Source of the DNA: Solirubrobacterales bacterium
Lineage (GTDB): Bacteria > Actinomycetota > Thermoleophilia > Solirubrobacterales > 70-9
NCBI GenBank assembly: GCA_035273795.1
Contig: DATEOT010000052.1
Location: forward strand, 471-64,470
Length of the DNA: 64,000 nt
Reading direction: 5' to 3'
Positions 45,071 through 52,952 of this stretch are shown piece after piece (the stretch's first letter is position 1; every line of letters begins with the position of its first letter). A program made the position numbers and the translations under genes. The notes beneath the pieces are model-generated. The model was not told the origin of the DNA, did not search any database, and was given only the letters and a program-made list of their open reading frames with translations.

Positions 45071-47373
45071 CAGTTCTTCCTCCCAGTCTGGCGCTGCATT
45101 CGGGCATCCTGCACTTTGCCGCGTTTGCCGCATTTCGTCTTCCCCTTGGCGGCAGACCGGCGACCGCAGGCCTTACCGGCCCGTTTTTTGACGCAACGAT
45201 TTCCGCGGCGGACCTGGTTGCGTTTGCAGGCCTTCGGGCGCACATTGCCGGGGCCGGCGAAGGTGGCGGTGGACGGCGGTGCGCCGGACGGTGGCGCCGG
45301 ACCCGGAGGTCGACAGGCTTCGCCAACGCACGGAACAGGAAGCGGTGGTTCGGCAAAGCCGCCCCCCACTCGCGCATCGTAGATGCTCGGCAGGCCATCG
45401 GTGTCGGAGCGGACGAGCGCCTCAGAGGTGACGAAGAAGACATCGCCTCCGTCTGCGCTGGCGTCGACGAAGGCCGACCCGCCTATGGCGGTACCGCTGG
45501 AGATCAGGCTGAGGCTGCCGGAGCGGTACTCGTACACGTCTTGGAAGCCGTTTACATCTCGCGAAGACAGTGGGTTCACGGTTTCGAAGAAGACCTGCCC
45601 ACTATCGTGAACTGCCCGCGGCATGTAGCGAGGTCCCGGCGAGAAGCGTTGGAACTCCTGTCTCTCGACCAACCGCGTGTTCCCCGCCGGACCGCCTCCG
45701 CCGGGAACGCAGGAAACGCAGGACAATTCGTCCGCGCCAGCATCGTAGAGATAAAGTGCCTCACAAGTTCCTCCACAGCCCGAATTGTCAAGACCGGCCA
45801 CGAGCGATTTGAAGGAAGAAAACAGCAGATACCTTCCGGAAGGGCTCCAAGCCGTCTTCAGGCGTCCACTCTCAGAGGAACGAACTCGGACGTATTCCCA
45901 CCAGTTACCCCAATCTTTCCCCCCCAGGGTCGTACTGCCCTCCCCGTTTTCCCAGAGGGAGAACGTAGTCACGTAGGTGAGTGCACCTTCGTGGGCCAGA
46001 TAGAGGTTAGGTTGCCCGGCCTGGGCAACTTCGCCTTGGCTGTTCTGCTGGGACCCGGTGAGAGCGCCCCGGGCCACGAAGTAGATTTGGGAGCCGTCAT
46101 CGGAGCCGCCGCTGATGCCGCGCACGTTCGCCGTTTCGCCGGAAGCCACGGTGAGGTTGACCAACTGTTTAGCACTGACATCGTATTCGTACAGATCAGG
46201 CCTACCAGCCTGAGCGCTGGCGGGGAAGGTAAGGGCGTGGTCGCTGATGAAGAACACCTTGTCGCCATCGCGAGAGGCGAACTGGAAAACGCCACCCCCA
46301 CTGGCCCCGGCGCCTTTCGAGAGGTCGATCTGACGCGTGCAGGCGAGACCGGGTTCACTCGCCTGGCAGTTGGCGGTAGCCGCCGGGGCCTGGCCGGCAT
46401 TTTCCCGGAGGTAAAGGTTCCCATTGGCTTCGAAGAAGACCCGTTCACCGTCAGCCGATACGGCGTGGCTGACCGGAGCCAATCCCTGGACAACACCGCC
46501 TTCGGTGCCCCAGTCCTTGGTGCCCGCGCTCAGCTTTGCGGCGACCGGGTCACCATTTGGAAGTACCCCGATCAGGCGAACAACCCCATCGGCCCACAAG
46601 AACAGGTTGGAGGTGGGCGTTGATTCCGGAGTCAGTTCCGCTTCCTCGCTGAAGACGATGCGACTGAGGTCAGAGGAGGCGGCTTGATAAGTCGCGTTCC
46701 CTGGACTCACCCCGGCAGGAACAGGGTTCGCTAAGGAAAAGGGTCCTTCTCCCTGCCGGAGGTAGAGGTTCGAGTAGCCCCGCGGTTCTCCCGGCACCAA
46801 TTCCTCTTCTGGCGTCCCACATTCACCTTCTGGGTCGTCGGGGTCCAACAAATAAAGTTCCCCCCCACCGGAAAGCACGTACGAGCTGAGATCTTCCGAG
46901 AAGGCCACCCCCGGTTGACACAAGGCCACGAGGGTGGGGGCCGGAGTGAACTGTGGGTCGAGACTTTTTACGGTCCACCCGCTCGCAGTGCGTCTGGTGA
47001 GCCAGGTTTCGCTGCTCGTCAGAGATCCTTTGGCCGGATAACGGCTGAAATAAGAGAGAGCATCCCCGTCGGGAGAGGCCTTGCCGCCGCCGAATTCAAT
47101 TCGGCTGTCTTTCGTAAGTGACGGGCTGCTACCGGGGCTGGCGAGCTCATAGGCGCGGCAGTCGGGCAGGGCGAGAGCGGCGGGACCCTGTTCCGCTCGG
47201 ATCGCTTCGTTGGCGCAAGTCGCCGCGGCCCGCGCGGACGGCGCCAGGAAGAGAGCGGCGCACGAGACACAAAGCGCGATCAGCAACGCCCTTGCGGACC
47301 AGGCCCTGACGGAGTCCTGGATGTCGACGTGGCCGCCGAGCGACGTTCCTATGGATCGATTTTCTGCTCGCAT
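45070..47373 (-). CDS. Secreted PD40/TolB-like beta-propeller repeat protein (767 aa) with Cys/Lys/Arg-rich C-terminal tail
   Basis: The start at MRAENRS (47373) has SD aggagag. It has a signal/TM segment ALLIALCVSCAALFLAPSARA. Recurrent SxDGxxvxF repeats are present (SPDGDALSYFS, SADGERVFFE, SRDGDKVFFI, SDDGSQIYFV, SPSGRYLLFS, ADGGDVFFVT). Confidence 0.8.
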   Translation of the reverse strand: MRAENRSIGTSLGGHVDIQDSVRAWSARALLIALCVSCAALFLAPSARAAATCANEAIRAEQGPAALALPDCRAYELASPGSSPSLTKDSRIEFGGGKASPDGDALSYFSRYPAKGSLTSSETWLTRRTASGWTVKSLDPQFTPAPTLVALCQPGVAFSEDLSSYVLSGGGELYLLDPDDPEGECGTPEEELVPGEPRGYSNLYLRQGEGPFSLANPVPAGVSPGNATYQAASSDLSRIVFSEEAELTPESTPTSNLFLWADGVVRLIGVLPNGDPVAAKLSAGTKDWGTEGGVVQGLAPVSHAVSADGERVFFEANGNLYLRENAGQAPAATANCQASEPGLACTRQIDLSKGAGASGGGVFQFASRDGDKVFFISDHALTFPASAQAGRPDLYEYDVSAKQLVNLTVASGETANVRGISGGSDDGSQIYFVARGALTGSQQNSQGEVAQAGQPNLYLAHEGALTYVTTFSLWENGEGSTTLGGKDWGNWWEYVRVRSSESGRLKTAWSPSGRYLLFSSFKSLVAGLDNSGCGGTCEALYLYDAGADELSCVSCVPGGGGPAGNTRLVERQEFQRFSPGPRYMPRAVHDSGQVFFETVNPLSSRDVNGFQDVYEYRSGSLSLISSGTAIGGSAFVDASADGGDVFFVTSEALVRSDTDGLPSIYDARVGGGFAEPPLPVPCVGEACRPPGPAPPSGAPPSTATFAGPGNVRPKACKRNQVRRGNRCVKKRAGKACGRRSAAKGKTKCGKRGKVQDARMQRQTGRKN

Positions 47374-47503
47374 TGCTCTCTCCTGACGCTTCCCTTGCTG
47401 GTCCGGCGACTGTTTGTGAATACCCATGGTCCGCTACAGCGGAGGGTAACTACTGCTCCCGCACCGCTGAAGAACTTCAGCGGGCGAGAGCAGTAGCGGT
47501 CAA

Positions 47504-48286
47504 TTACTCCGCAGCCTCAGCGGGCATCACTGCCCAAGAGCCGAAGCTCGCGCCTTTGGTTTTGTCGAAGTACACGATCGCCCCGAACTGCTGAGGCAGG
47601 GGTACTTTGACTTCCGGTTCCCCATTGATCAGGTACAGGCAGAGGACGCCGGGAGTCGCTTTCGGTTCAAAGCCGCCTCCGGGACATTTCAGTTCCTCTT
47701 CCTCGGTGTGATCGGAGGGATCGAAGAAGACGACCTCCGCGGGCGCGGTTTCCAGCGGGAGCGGGAAGGAGATCGTGGTGACCGAGAATTCGCCAAGCGT
47801 GAAGCCCGATTCTGCTTGGTTTTCCCAGAGGCCGGTCGCGGTCCGACCCTCAGGAAGGAACTCTGGGTAGCTCCCCTCGCTGCCGCCGCTGCACGCAAAC
47901 CCCTCGCCGGTCCCATTGATGAATTTGGAGCCGCCCCCGGGGCAGTTGGTGTCGCCGGGGTCAAGCGGGATGATGGTTACATCTTCACCGTCGGTGCCGT
48001 TGGTTCCGTTGGTTCCGTCGGTGCCATCTTCGCCGTCTGCACCCGGCGCGCCATTTGCGCCGGCGGCTCCGGTGTCCCCCTTCGCCCCGGGGGGGCCGTT
48101 CTGGCCGGCCGGTCCCTGGGCGCCGTCCTTGCCGGCGAATTTCTTGGCGATTTTCTTGACTTCCTTCTTCTGCTTGCCGGTCAGGCCATTGGCGGCGTAT
48201 GCGCCACCGACCAAGGCGGCGACCAAGGCGACAACGGCCACGATCAGGCCAGCTTTGCCGAAGGGCTCGCGGATTCTATGAAACAT
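47504..48286 (-). CDS. Membrane-anchored collagen-like (Gly-X-Y repeat) protein with C-terminal globular domain
   Basis: N-terminal TM helix GLIVAVVALVAALVGGAYA, a Lys-rich spacer, and 17 uninterrupted GXY triplets (GKDGAQGPAGQNGPPGAKGDTGAAGANGAPGADGEDGTDGTNGTNGTDGED). A Cys-containing domain of about 155 aa follows. SD aaggagag. Confidence 0.85.
   Translation of the reverse strand: MFHRIREPFGKAGLIVAVVALVAALVGGAYAANGLTGKQKKEVKKIAKKFAGKDGAQGPAGQNGPPGAKGDTGAAGANGAPGADGEDGTDGTNGTNGTDGEDVTIIPLDPGDTNCPGGGSKFINGTGEGFACSGGSEGSYPEFLPEGRTATGLWENQAESGFTLGEFSVTTISFPLPLETAPAEVVFFDPSDHTEEEELKCPGGGFEPKATPGVLCLYLINGEPEVKVPLPQQFGAIVYFDKTKGASFGSWAVMPAEAAE
47981..48133 (-). repeat. Coding Gly-X-Y triplet repeat (17 units) within the collagen-like gene
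   Basis: Every third codon is GGN across 51 codons. Confidence 0.9.
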
Positions 48287-48607
48287 AGCTAGACGTCTCT
48301 CCTTTGTGTAGTACCTGCCGGCATCCCAACCGGCGGAATCGACTCGACCTGCTCGATAGAACCAGCGCCGGTGGGCGGCGCGCTCGCCAATCGGCGGTTA
48401 TCGCCTGCCGGGCTCCCGCTGTAGTCGCTGCCATCCGGTGACTCCCCCGCCTTCACATCCCAAGCCAAAGGCATTGCTAGTTCCCTGTTGCGACGTCCCA
48501 TACGCCGCATTGCCTAGTGAAGTTAGACAGAAACCTCTTCCGCTGTCAAGGGTACTCGAGCGGTGGCCGAGGATCTCCTTTCTTCCTTGGCTCGGGCCCC
48601 GACCGCA

Positions 48608-48643
48608 GAGAAAAAGAAAGGCGGGCGCCATGTGGCGCCCGCC
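48608..48643 (-). terminator. Rho-independent terminator after paralog 1
   Basis: On the minus strand, a GC-rich stem ggcgggcgcca/tggcgcccgcc is followed by tttctttttct. Confidence 0.7.
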
Positions 48644-48669
48644 TCTCGAGGCATCAGCTGCCCGATGGA

Positions 48670-49245
48670 TCAAGGATGGAAGGAAAGGGTTCCTCCGCCT
48701 ACGCGTGTGACTGTGCTGTCCCCTGTGTAGGTCCCGTTGTTGCCGGCAGCGCCGCAGAGGCCGCCCGTCGATGTATAAGCGATGGTTTTCACGTGAGGTG
48801 TAACGCGCATATGGCCGTTAGCCTCGGTGATGAAGGTGACCGTGCCAACTGTCTGCGGATGGACGGTCTGCGAGCAGCCGGCCCCTGTCACGGTGATCAC
48901 AATGGATTTCTCGATGTGAACCAGCCCGTTAGCTGTAAAGTTGTAGAAAGCGGGCGTGATGTGCACGGTGGCGAAGCCGAAAGCCGTGCAGCCGCTGTAT
49001 TTGACTTCTACTGTCTGTTCTTCGGACGCGACGCTTTTGATTTCGCCCGTCGTAGCAGCGGCGGTGCATTTGACCTGGCCGCCGGAGGTCGTGAAGACCT
49101 GGACTCCTTCGGCACCAGCAACGACTGAACCGGTCAGCGAACCGGTCGCGCTGGCTGTGAACTGAGCTGCTGAGGCGTTGGCGGCGCCGATCGCGCAGAG
49201 CGCGAAAACGGCGACGAGCACGCCGAGCTTCTTCATGTTACGCAT
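48670..49245 (-). CDS. Small secreted protein, paralog 1 (191 aa)
   Basis: SD aaggagaaacgcaat-ATG, signal peptide MRNMKKLGVLVAVFALCAIGAANASA, and 4 conserved Cys. It is about 80% identical to the next gene. Confidence 0.78.
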   Translation of the reverse strand: MRNMKKLGVLVAVFALCAIGAANASAAQFTASATGSLTGSVVAGAEGVQVFTTSGGQVKCTAAATTGEIKSVASEEQTVEVKYSGCTAFGFATVHITPAFYNFTANGLVHIEKSIVITVTGAGCSQTVHPQTVGTVTFITEANGHMRVTPHVKTIAYTSTGGLCGAAGNNGTYTGDSTVTRVGGGTLSFHP

Positions 49246-49530
49246 ATTGCGTTTCTCCTTGATTGCTAGTCATGTCTGTCTTCCGGCCCGGCGTCCTTTC
49301 CCAACGGAGCCCGGGTAGAAGAGATCGAGTCACTCGGTGGCTCGATCCCGGCAAGCTTCCCTGATCACTCAGGACTTGTCAAGTACCTAGGGGGTCATTG
49401 ACCCGTTTCAAGCCACAGACCGGCTTGTTCCCGGGGCGGGACACTGGGTTAGATCTCCGGGGCAAATGCCTGCAGATGGGCAATGTGGAGTCCTCGGACT
49501 TCATGGGTGGGTCCCGCGGATCGATCCGGC

Positions 49531-49565
49531 GCAAAAAAAGGGCGGGCGCCACGTGGCGCCCGCCC
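49531..49565 (-). terminator. Rho-independent terminator after paralog 2
   Basis: On the minus strand, a stem gggcgggcgcca/tggcgcccgccc is followed by tttttttgc. It is a near copy of the terminator at 48608..48643. Confidence 0.7.
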
Positions 49566-49590
49566 AGTAGGCATCAGCTGCCCGAATGGA

Positions 49591-50148
49591 TCAGTCGAAG
49601 GCGAGAGATCCTCCGCCGACCCTTTCAACTTCGTTGGTGCCGGTGTAGGTACCGTTGGCGCCGCCGGCGCCGCAGAGACCGCCGGTCGAGGTGTAGGTGA
49701 TCCCACTGACGTTCGGGGTCACTTTCACTTTGGTGCCGTTGGTAGCAAAGCTAACCGTGCCAACTGTCTGCGGAGCGACGCTCTGCGAGCAGCCGGCCCC
49801 TGTCACGGTGATCGTGATGGTTTTCTCGATGTGAACCTGTCCGCTAGCTGTAAAGTTGTAGAAAGCGGGCGTGATGTGCACGGTGGCGAAGCCGAAAGCC
49901 GTGCAGCTGCTGTATTTGACTTCTACTGTCTGTTCTTCGGACGCGACGCTTTTGATTTCGCCCGAGGTAGCAGCGGCGGTGCATTTGACCTGGCCGCCGT
50001 TGGTCGTGAAGACCTGGGTAGCCGTGGCTTTACCGGTCAGCGAACCGGTCGCGCTGGCTGTGAACTGAGCTGCTGAGGCGTTGGCGGCGCCGATCGCGCA
50101 GAGCGCGAAAACGGCGACGAGCACGCCGAGCTTCTTCATGCTACGCAT
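49591..50148 (-). CDS. Small secreted protein, paralog 2 (185 aa)
   Basis: It has the same SD, signal peptide and first 130 aa or so as paralog 1. The C-terminal third has diverged. Confidence 0.78.
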   Translation of the reverse strand: MRSMKKLGVLVAVFALCAIGAANASAAQFTASATGSLTGKATATQVFTTNGGQVKCTAAATSGEIKSVASEEQTVEVKYSSCTAFGFATVHITPAFYNFTASGQVHIEKTITITVTGAGCSQSVAPQTVGTVSFATNGTKVKVTPNVSGITYTSTGGLCGAGGANGTYTGTNEVERVGGGSLAFD

Positions 50149-50289
50149 ATTGCGTTTCTCCTTGATCGCTAGTCATTTGTCTCCAACCCGGCGCCCTTCC
50201 CGACAGGCGTCCGAGTCGGCGAGGTCGAGTCCCCTTTGGTCACTCGATCCGGCGCAAGCTTGTCATTTGGTCAGGAGAATACGTAGTAC

Positions 50290-51735
50290 TTAAACATTTC
50301 GTTTTTTAATTCGCTCCTGCCCGCCGCGGCTGGCCGTAATCGCGCGTAGCGCTGCCGGGGAACCGACGGCGGGGGCGAGCGCCAGAAACGCGAGAAGAGG
50401 GAGGAGGGAGGCCGTCGCCGCCGAGCTCTGCTCCGATGCCCGCCGGCGCAAGATGGCCCAGGCCGCAGCGGTCGATGCCTCTGCAGCGAGCTCAGATGGT
50501 TCGCGGCCCACGGGGGCCGTGGCTTGCAGGGCCCGGGCGATCCGAGCGATCTGGCGCTCACGGCTGTCGATGCCCGCTGTTCCTGCCGCCGATACTTCGA
50601 CGAGGAGCACCCGCGCGCTGTCGACGTCGGCTTCGATCGCATCGCAGAGTTCCTCAAGCGCCTCGCAGACAGCGGTGCTCCAGGGCGCCGACGGAGTCCG
50701 CCTGCGCAGCGAAGCCTCCACGGCGCTGGCCACACGCTCCTCCAGAGCCGCGGAGAAGCAGTCCTCGAGTCCCTCGAAATGGCGGTTGAAGCTTCGCCGC
50801 GAGACACCTGCCTCCCGGCAGATCATGGGAATCGACAGCTGGTGATATCCGGTGCACTGTGCGATCCGGAACGCGGCGGCGAGGATCATCACCCGCTCGT
50901 CGCCGAGGGTCCCCTGCCAATTGCCGTCGCGCAGTCGGCGCGCCGCGGTCGAGCCGTCCCGACGGCCGGGCGGGACTGGGGCGACCAGAAGCTCCGCCCC
51001 CTGCGCCGATGGGAAGCTGAGGCTCATGATCCACTCCGCGGCTTCAGCTGCGATTTCTCCGATCTCCGCCTCCGTGGCCGCCGGCAACCAGAGCCGCCCG
51101 ATCCTGGCCAGACCGGCCACGACTCCTTCGAGCAGGTGCGGCGGCAGATGGGGACCGCCGCCGGTGCGGAGGCAGAACTCCAGGGCAAGGCCGATCCGCA
51201 TCGCGGAGTTCCGAAGCCTGCTGGTGAAAGCCGGGCCGGCGGCCGGCGCCCCCCGGAGCATGAAGGTCGCTGCCTGCCGATTTGCGGCCATGTCCCGAAA
51301 GAGGCAGCCGATGGCCAGGGCGAGGCGCCGCCGCGGGTCAGGCTCCTCCTGGCCAGCTTGCAGCAAGCGCTCAGAAGTGCTCCGGCAGATCAGATCGAAG
51401 GTGGAGAGGAGGCAGTCGTCGGTGCTCCGATAGTGGTTGTAGAAGGTGCCGCTGGAGACCCGCGCCCGCTTCGTGAGACCTCGGACGGTGACAGCCTCAT
51501 AGCCATGAGTGGCGACGAGCTCGACCATCGCCCGCTGCAGACGCGATCGCTGATGAGCCGCCACCTTCTCCCTGCTGAGGCCCGGGCCGGGCCGGAGCCG
51601 CCGGTAGTCCCACGGTGAAGTCGAGGACTCTGTGGCGCGGGGGCAGCTCTCCACGGCAGCCTGTCTCTCCCGGGGCGCTTCTCCGGGTACCGTCAAGCGT
51701 CCCTCCTTACTCGCGGTCATCGGATCTGGGTTCAC
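50290..51735 (-). CDS. Tandem-domain (double) TetR-family regulator
   Basis: One 481-aa chain carries two complete TetR HTH regions: GYEAVTVRGLTKRARVSSGTFYNHYRSTDDC and GYHQLSIPMICREAGVSRRSFNRHFEGLEDC. Each is followed by a helical ligand-domain-like segment. The exact start is uncertain. Confidence 0.78.
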   Translation of the reverse strand: MNPDPMTASKEGRLTVPGEAPRERQAAVESCPRATESSTSPWDYRRLRPGPGLSREKVAAHQRSRLQRAMVELVATHGYEAVTVRGLTKRARVSSGTFYNHYRSTDDCLLSTFDLICRSTSERLLQAGQEEPDPRRRLALAIGCLFRDMAANRQAATFMLRGAPAAGPAFTSRLRNSAMRIGLALEFCLRTGGGPHLPPHLLEGVVAGLARIGRLWLPAATEAEIGEIAAEAAEWIMSLSFPSAQGAELLVAPVPPGRRDGSTAARRLRDGNWQGTLGDERVMILAAAFRIAQCTGYHQLSIPMICREAGVSRRSFNRHFEGLEDCFSAALEERVASAVEASLRRRTPSAPWSTAVCEALEELCDAIEADVDSARVLLVEVSAAGTAGIDSRERQIARIARALQATAPVGREPSELAAEASTAAAWAILRRRASEQSSAATASLLPLLAFLALAPAVGSPAALRAITASRGGQERIKKRNV

Positions 51736-51818
51736 CCCGGTCAGTGGTGCCCAGCAGCTCCAATTGAGTAACTATCTTCTACTGCTCAACGATATATGAT
51801 CGCCGAGGTGAAGCAGCT

Positions 51819-52409
51819 TTGAAGGTGACCCTTGTAACGCTGGGCCCGACGGGGACGTGCCATGAGCGTGCCGTCAGGCGGTACATGGACTTCCAGGGCG
51901 TCGAGGACTTCGAAATCGAGTTCATCTCGGACTTCTTTGACGGCCTCGAACTGATCCGGGGGCGCGAGGACGCCTTCCTGATCCAGTGCAGCGCGCATCC
52001 CAAGGTGCACGAGGTGACGGAGCGTTACTGGTCGGAGGTATTCGTGGTCGACACGTTCATCTACCCGACCAAGGCCCTGGCTGTGCTGACCCGCCGCGAG
52101 GTTGAGCGGCCTCGCTCGCTGGGCCTGGTTCCAGCGACCGCCGGATACATCGACCGAAGCGATTGGGAGGAGATCATCGACGTGGTCTCCAAGCCGGTCG
52201 TGGCCCAAGAGCTGCTCGAAGGAAGATACGACTCGGGGCTGACCCACGCCGAGCATCTGCACCTGCACCCGGAGGAGCTCCGCCTCGATCTCGAGATCGG
52301 CGAAATCGACACCACCTGGGTGGTCTACGGGACGAAGAAGCGATTCGACGGCGAGGTGATCGGCATCCCCTCCCGTGAGCTTTTCGACCGGTCGTCAGAC
52401 CGACCCTGA
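51819..52409 (+). CDS. Prephenate dehydratase-fold (PDT/PBP2-like) protein without ACT domain, possibly BacA-like prephenate decarboxylase
   Basis: The N-terminal TLGPTGTCHERAV resembles the (Y/T)LGPxGT(F/S)S motif of PDT domains. It is 196 aa, has no regulatory domain, and ends in TTWVVYG. The family assignment is tentative. Confidence 0.45.
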   Translation: MKVTLVTLGPTGTCHERAVRRYMDFQGVEDFEIEFISDFFDGLELIRGREDAFLIQCSAHPKVHEVTERYWSEVFVVDTFIYPTKALAVLTRREVERPRSLGLVPATAGYIDRSDWEEIIDVVSKPVVAQELLEGRYDSGLTHAEHLHLHPEELRLDLEIGEIDTTWVVYGTKKRFDGEVIGIPSRELFDRSSDRP

Positions 52410-52414
52410 GAGAC

Positions 52415-52894
52415 CTACGGCCGCCCGCAGATCTCGAGGCCGAGTTTTTCCGCCTGCCGTTCCACCGGAGTGAACGGCTCGATTTTCGCTTCGGAGAACT
52501 CGACCGGCTCTGCCTCGATTTCGTCGAGGGCTTTTTCGAGAGCATCGATGAAGGCTTCGGCTTTCTCCTCTTCTCCAGCGGGGGCGCCCAGTTCCTCCAG
52601 GGATGCGGCCGCTTCCCTCAGCGGCGGGACGCCGGCGTTGACGACGAAGTCCGCCTGGTCGGATTTAGAGGGTGAGCCCGTCACGTCTTGCGCTGCTTTC
52701 TGGAGAAGGGCTTCCTGCCGATCGTTCGCCTTCGTGCAGATCGCGTCAGCTTGTTTGACCCACTCAGCCTTGCTCAGGGCCTCCTGCTCCCCACCTGAGG
52801 TCTCGGAGTCGTCGGAGCCTCCGCAGCCCGCGATCGCCATGGCGACGAGACAAAGGGACAAAACTGCGGCGAGAACTCCTCGATTGATCAGCAT
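52415..52894 (-). CDS. Hypothetical lipoprotein
   Basis: Lipobox AIAGCGGSDD after a hydrophobic signal, followed by an acidic helical mature part. Confidence 0.6.
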   Translation of the reverse strand: MLINRGVLAAVLSLCLVAMAIAGCGGSDDSETSGGEQEALSKAEWVKQADAICTKANDRQEALLQKAAQDVTGSPSKSDQADFVVNAGVPPLREAAASLEELGAPAGEEEKAEAFIDALEKALDEIEAEPVEFSEAKIEPFTPVERQAEKLGLEICGRP

Positions 52895-52952
52895 TAATCA
52901 ATGGTATCTAAGCAGACGACACGATGCGTTCATCCCAGCGGGAGGGTGCAGG

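Noticed and set aside
42395-46623. Several 250-635-aa plus-strand ORFs (42395..43249, 43628..44587, 44597..45382, 44716..46623) opposite the two large island genes
   Set aside because: The minus-strand frames give signal peptides, PD40 repeats and the repeated Cys module, with an SD site in front of the first gene and TGATG start-stop coupling to the second. The plus-strand products are junk-like.
47981-48133. Periodic nucleotide repeat that might be taken for a tandem DNA repeat or CRISPR-like array
   Set aside because: The periodicity is 9 nt or less and is explained by Gly-X-Y codons within an intact ORF. There are no spacers or conserved direct repeats, and no CRISPR array was seen anywhere in the window.
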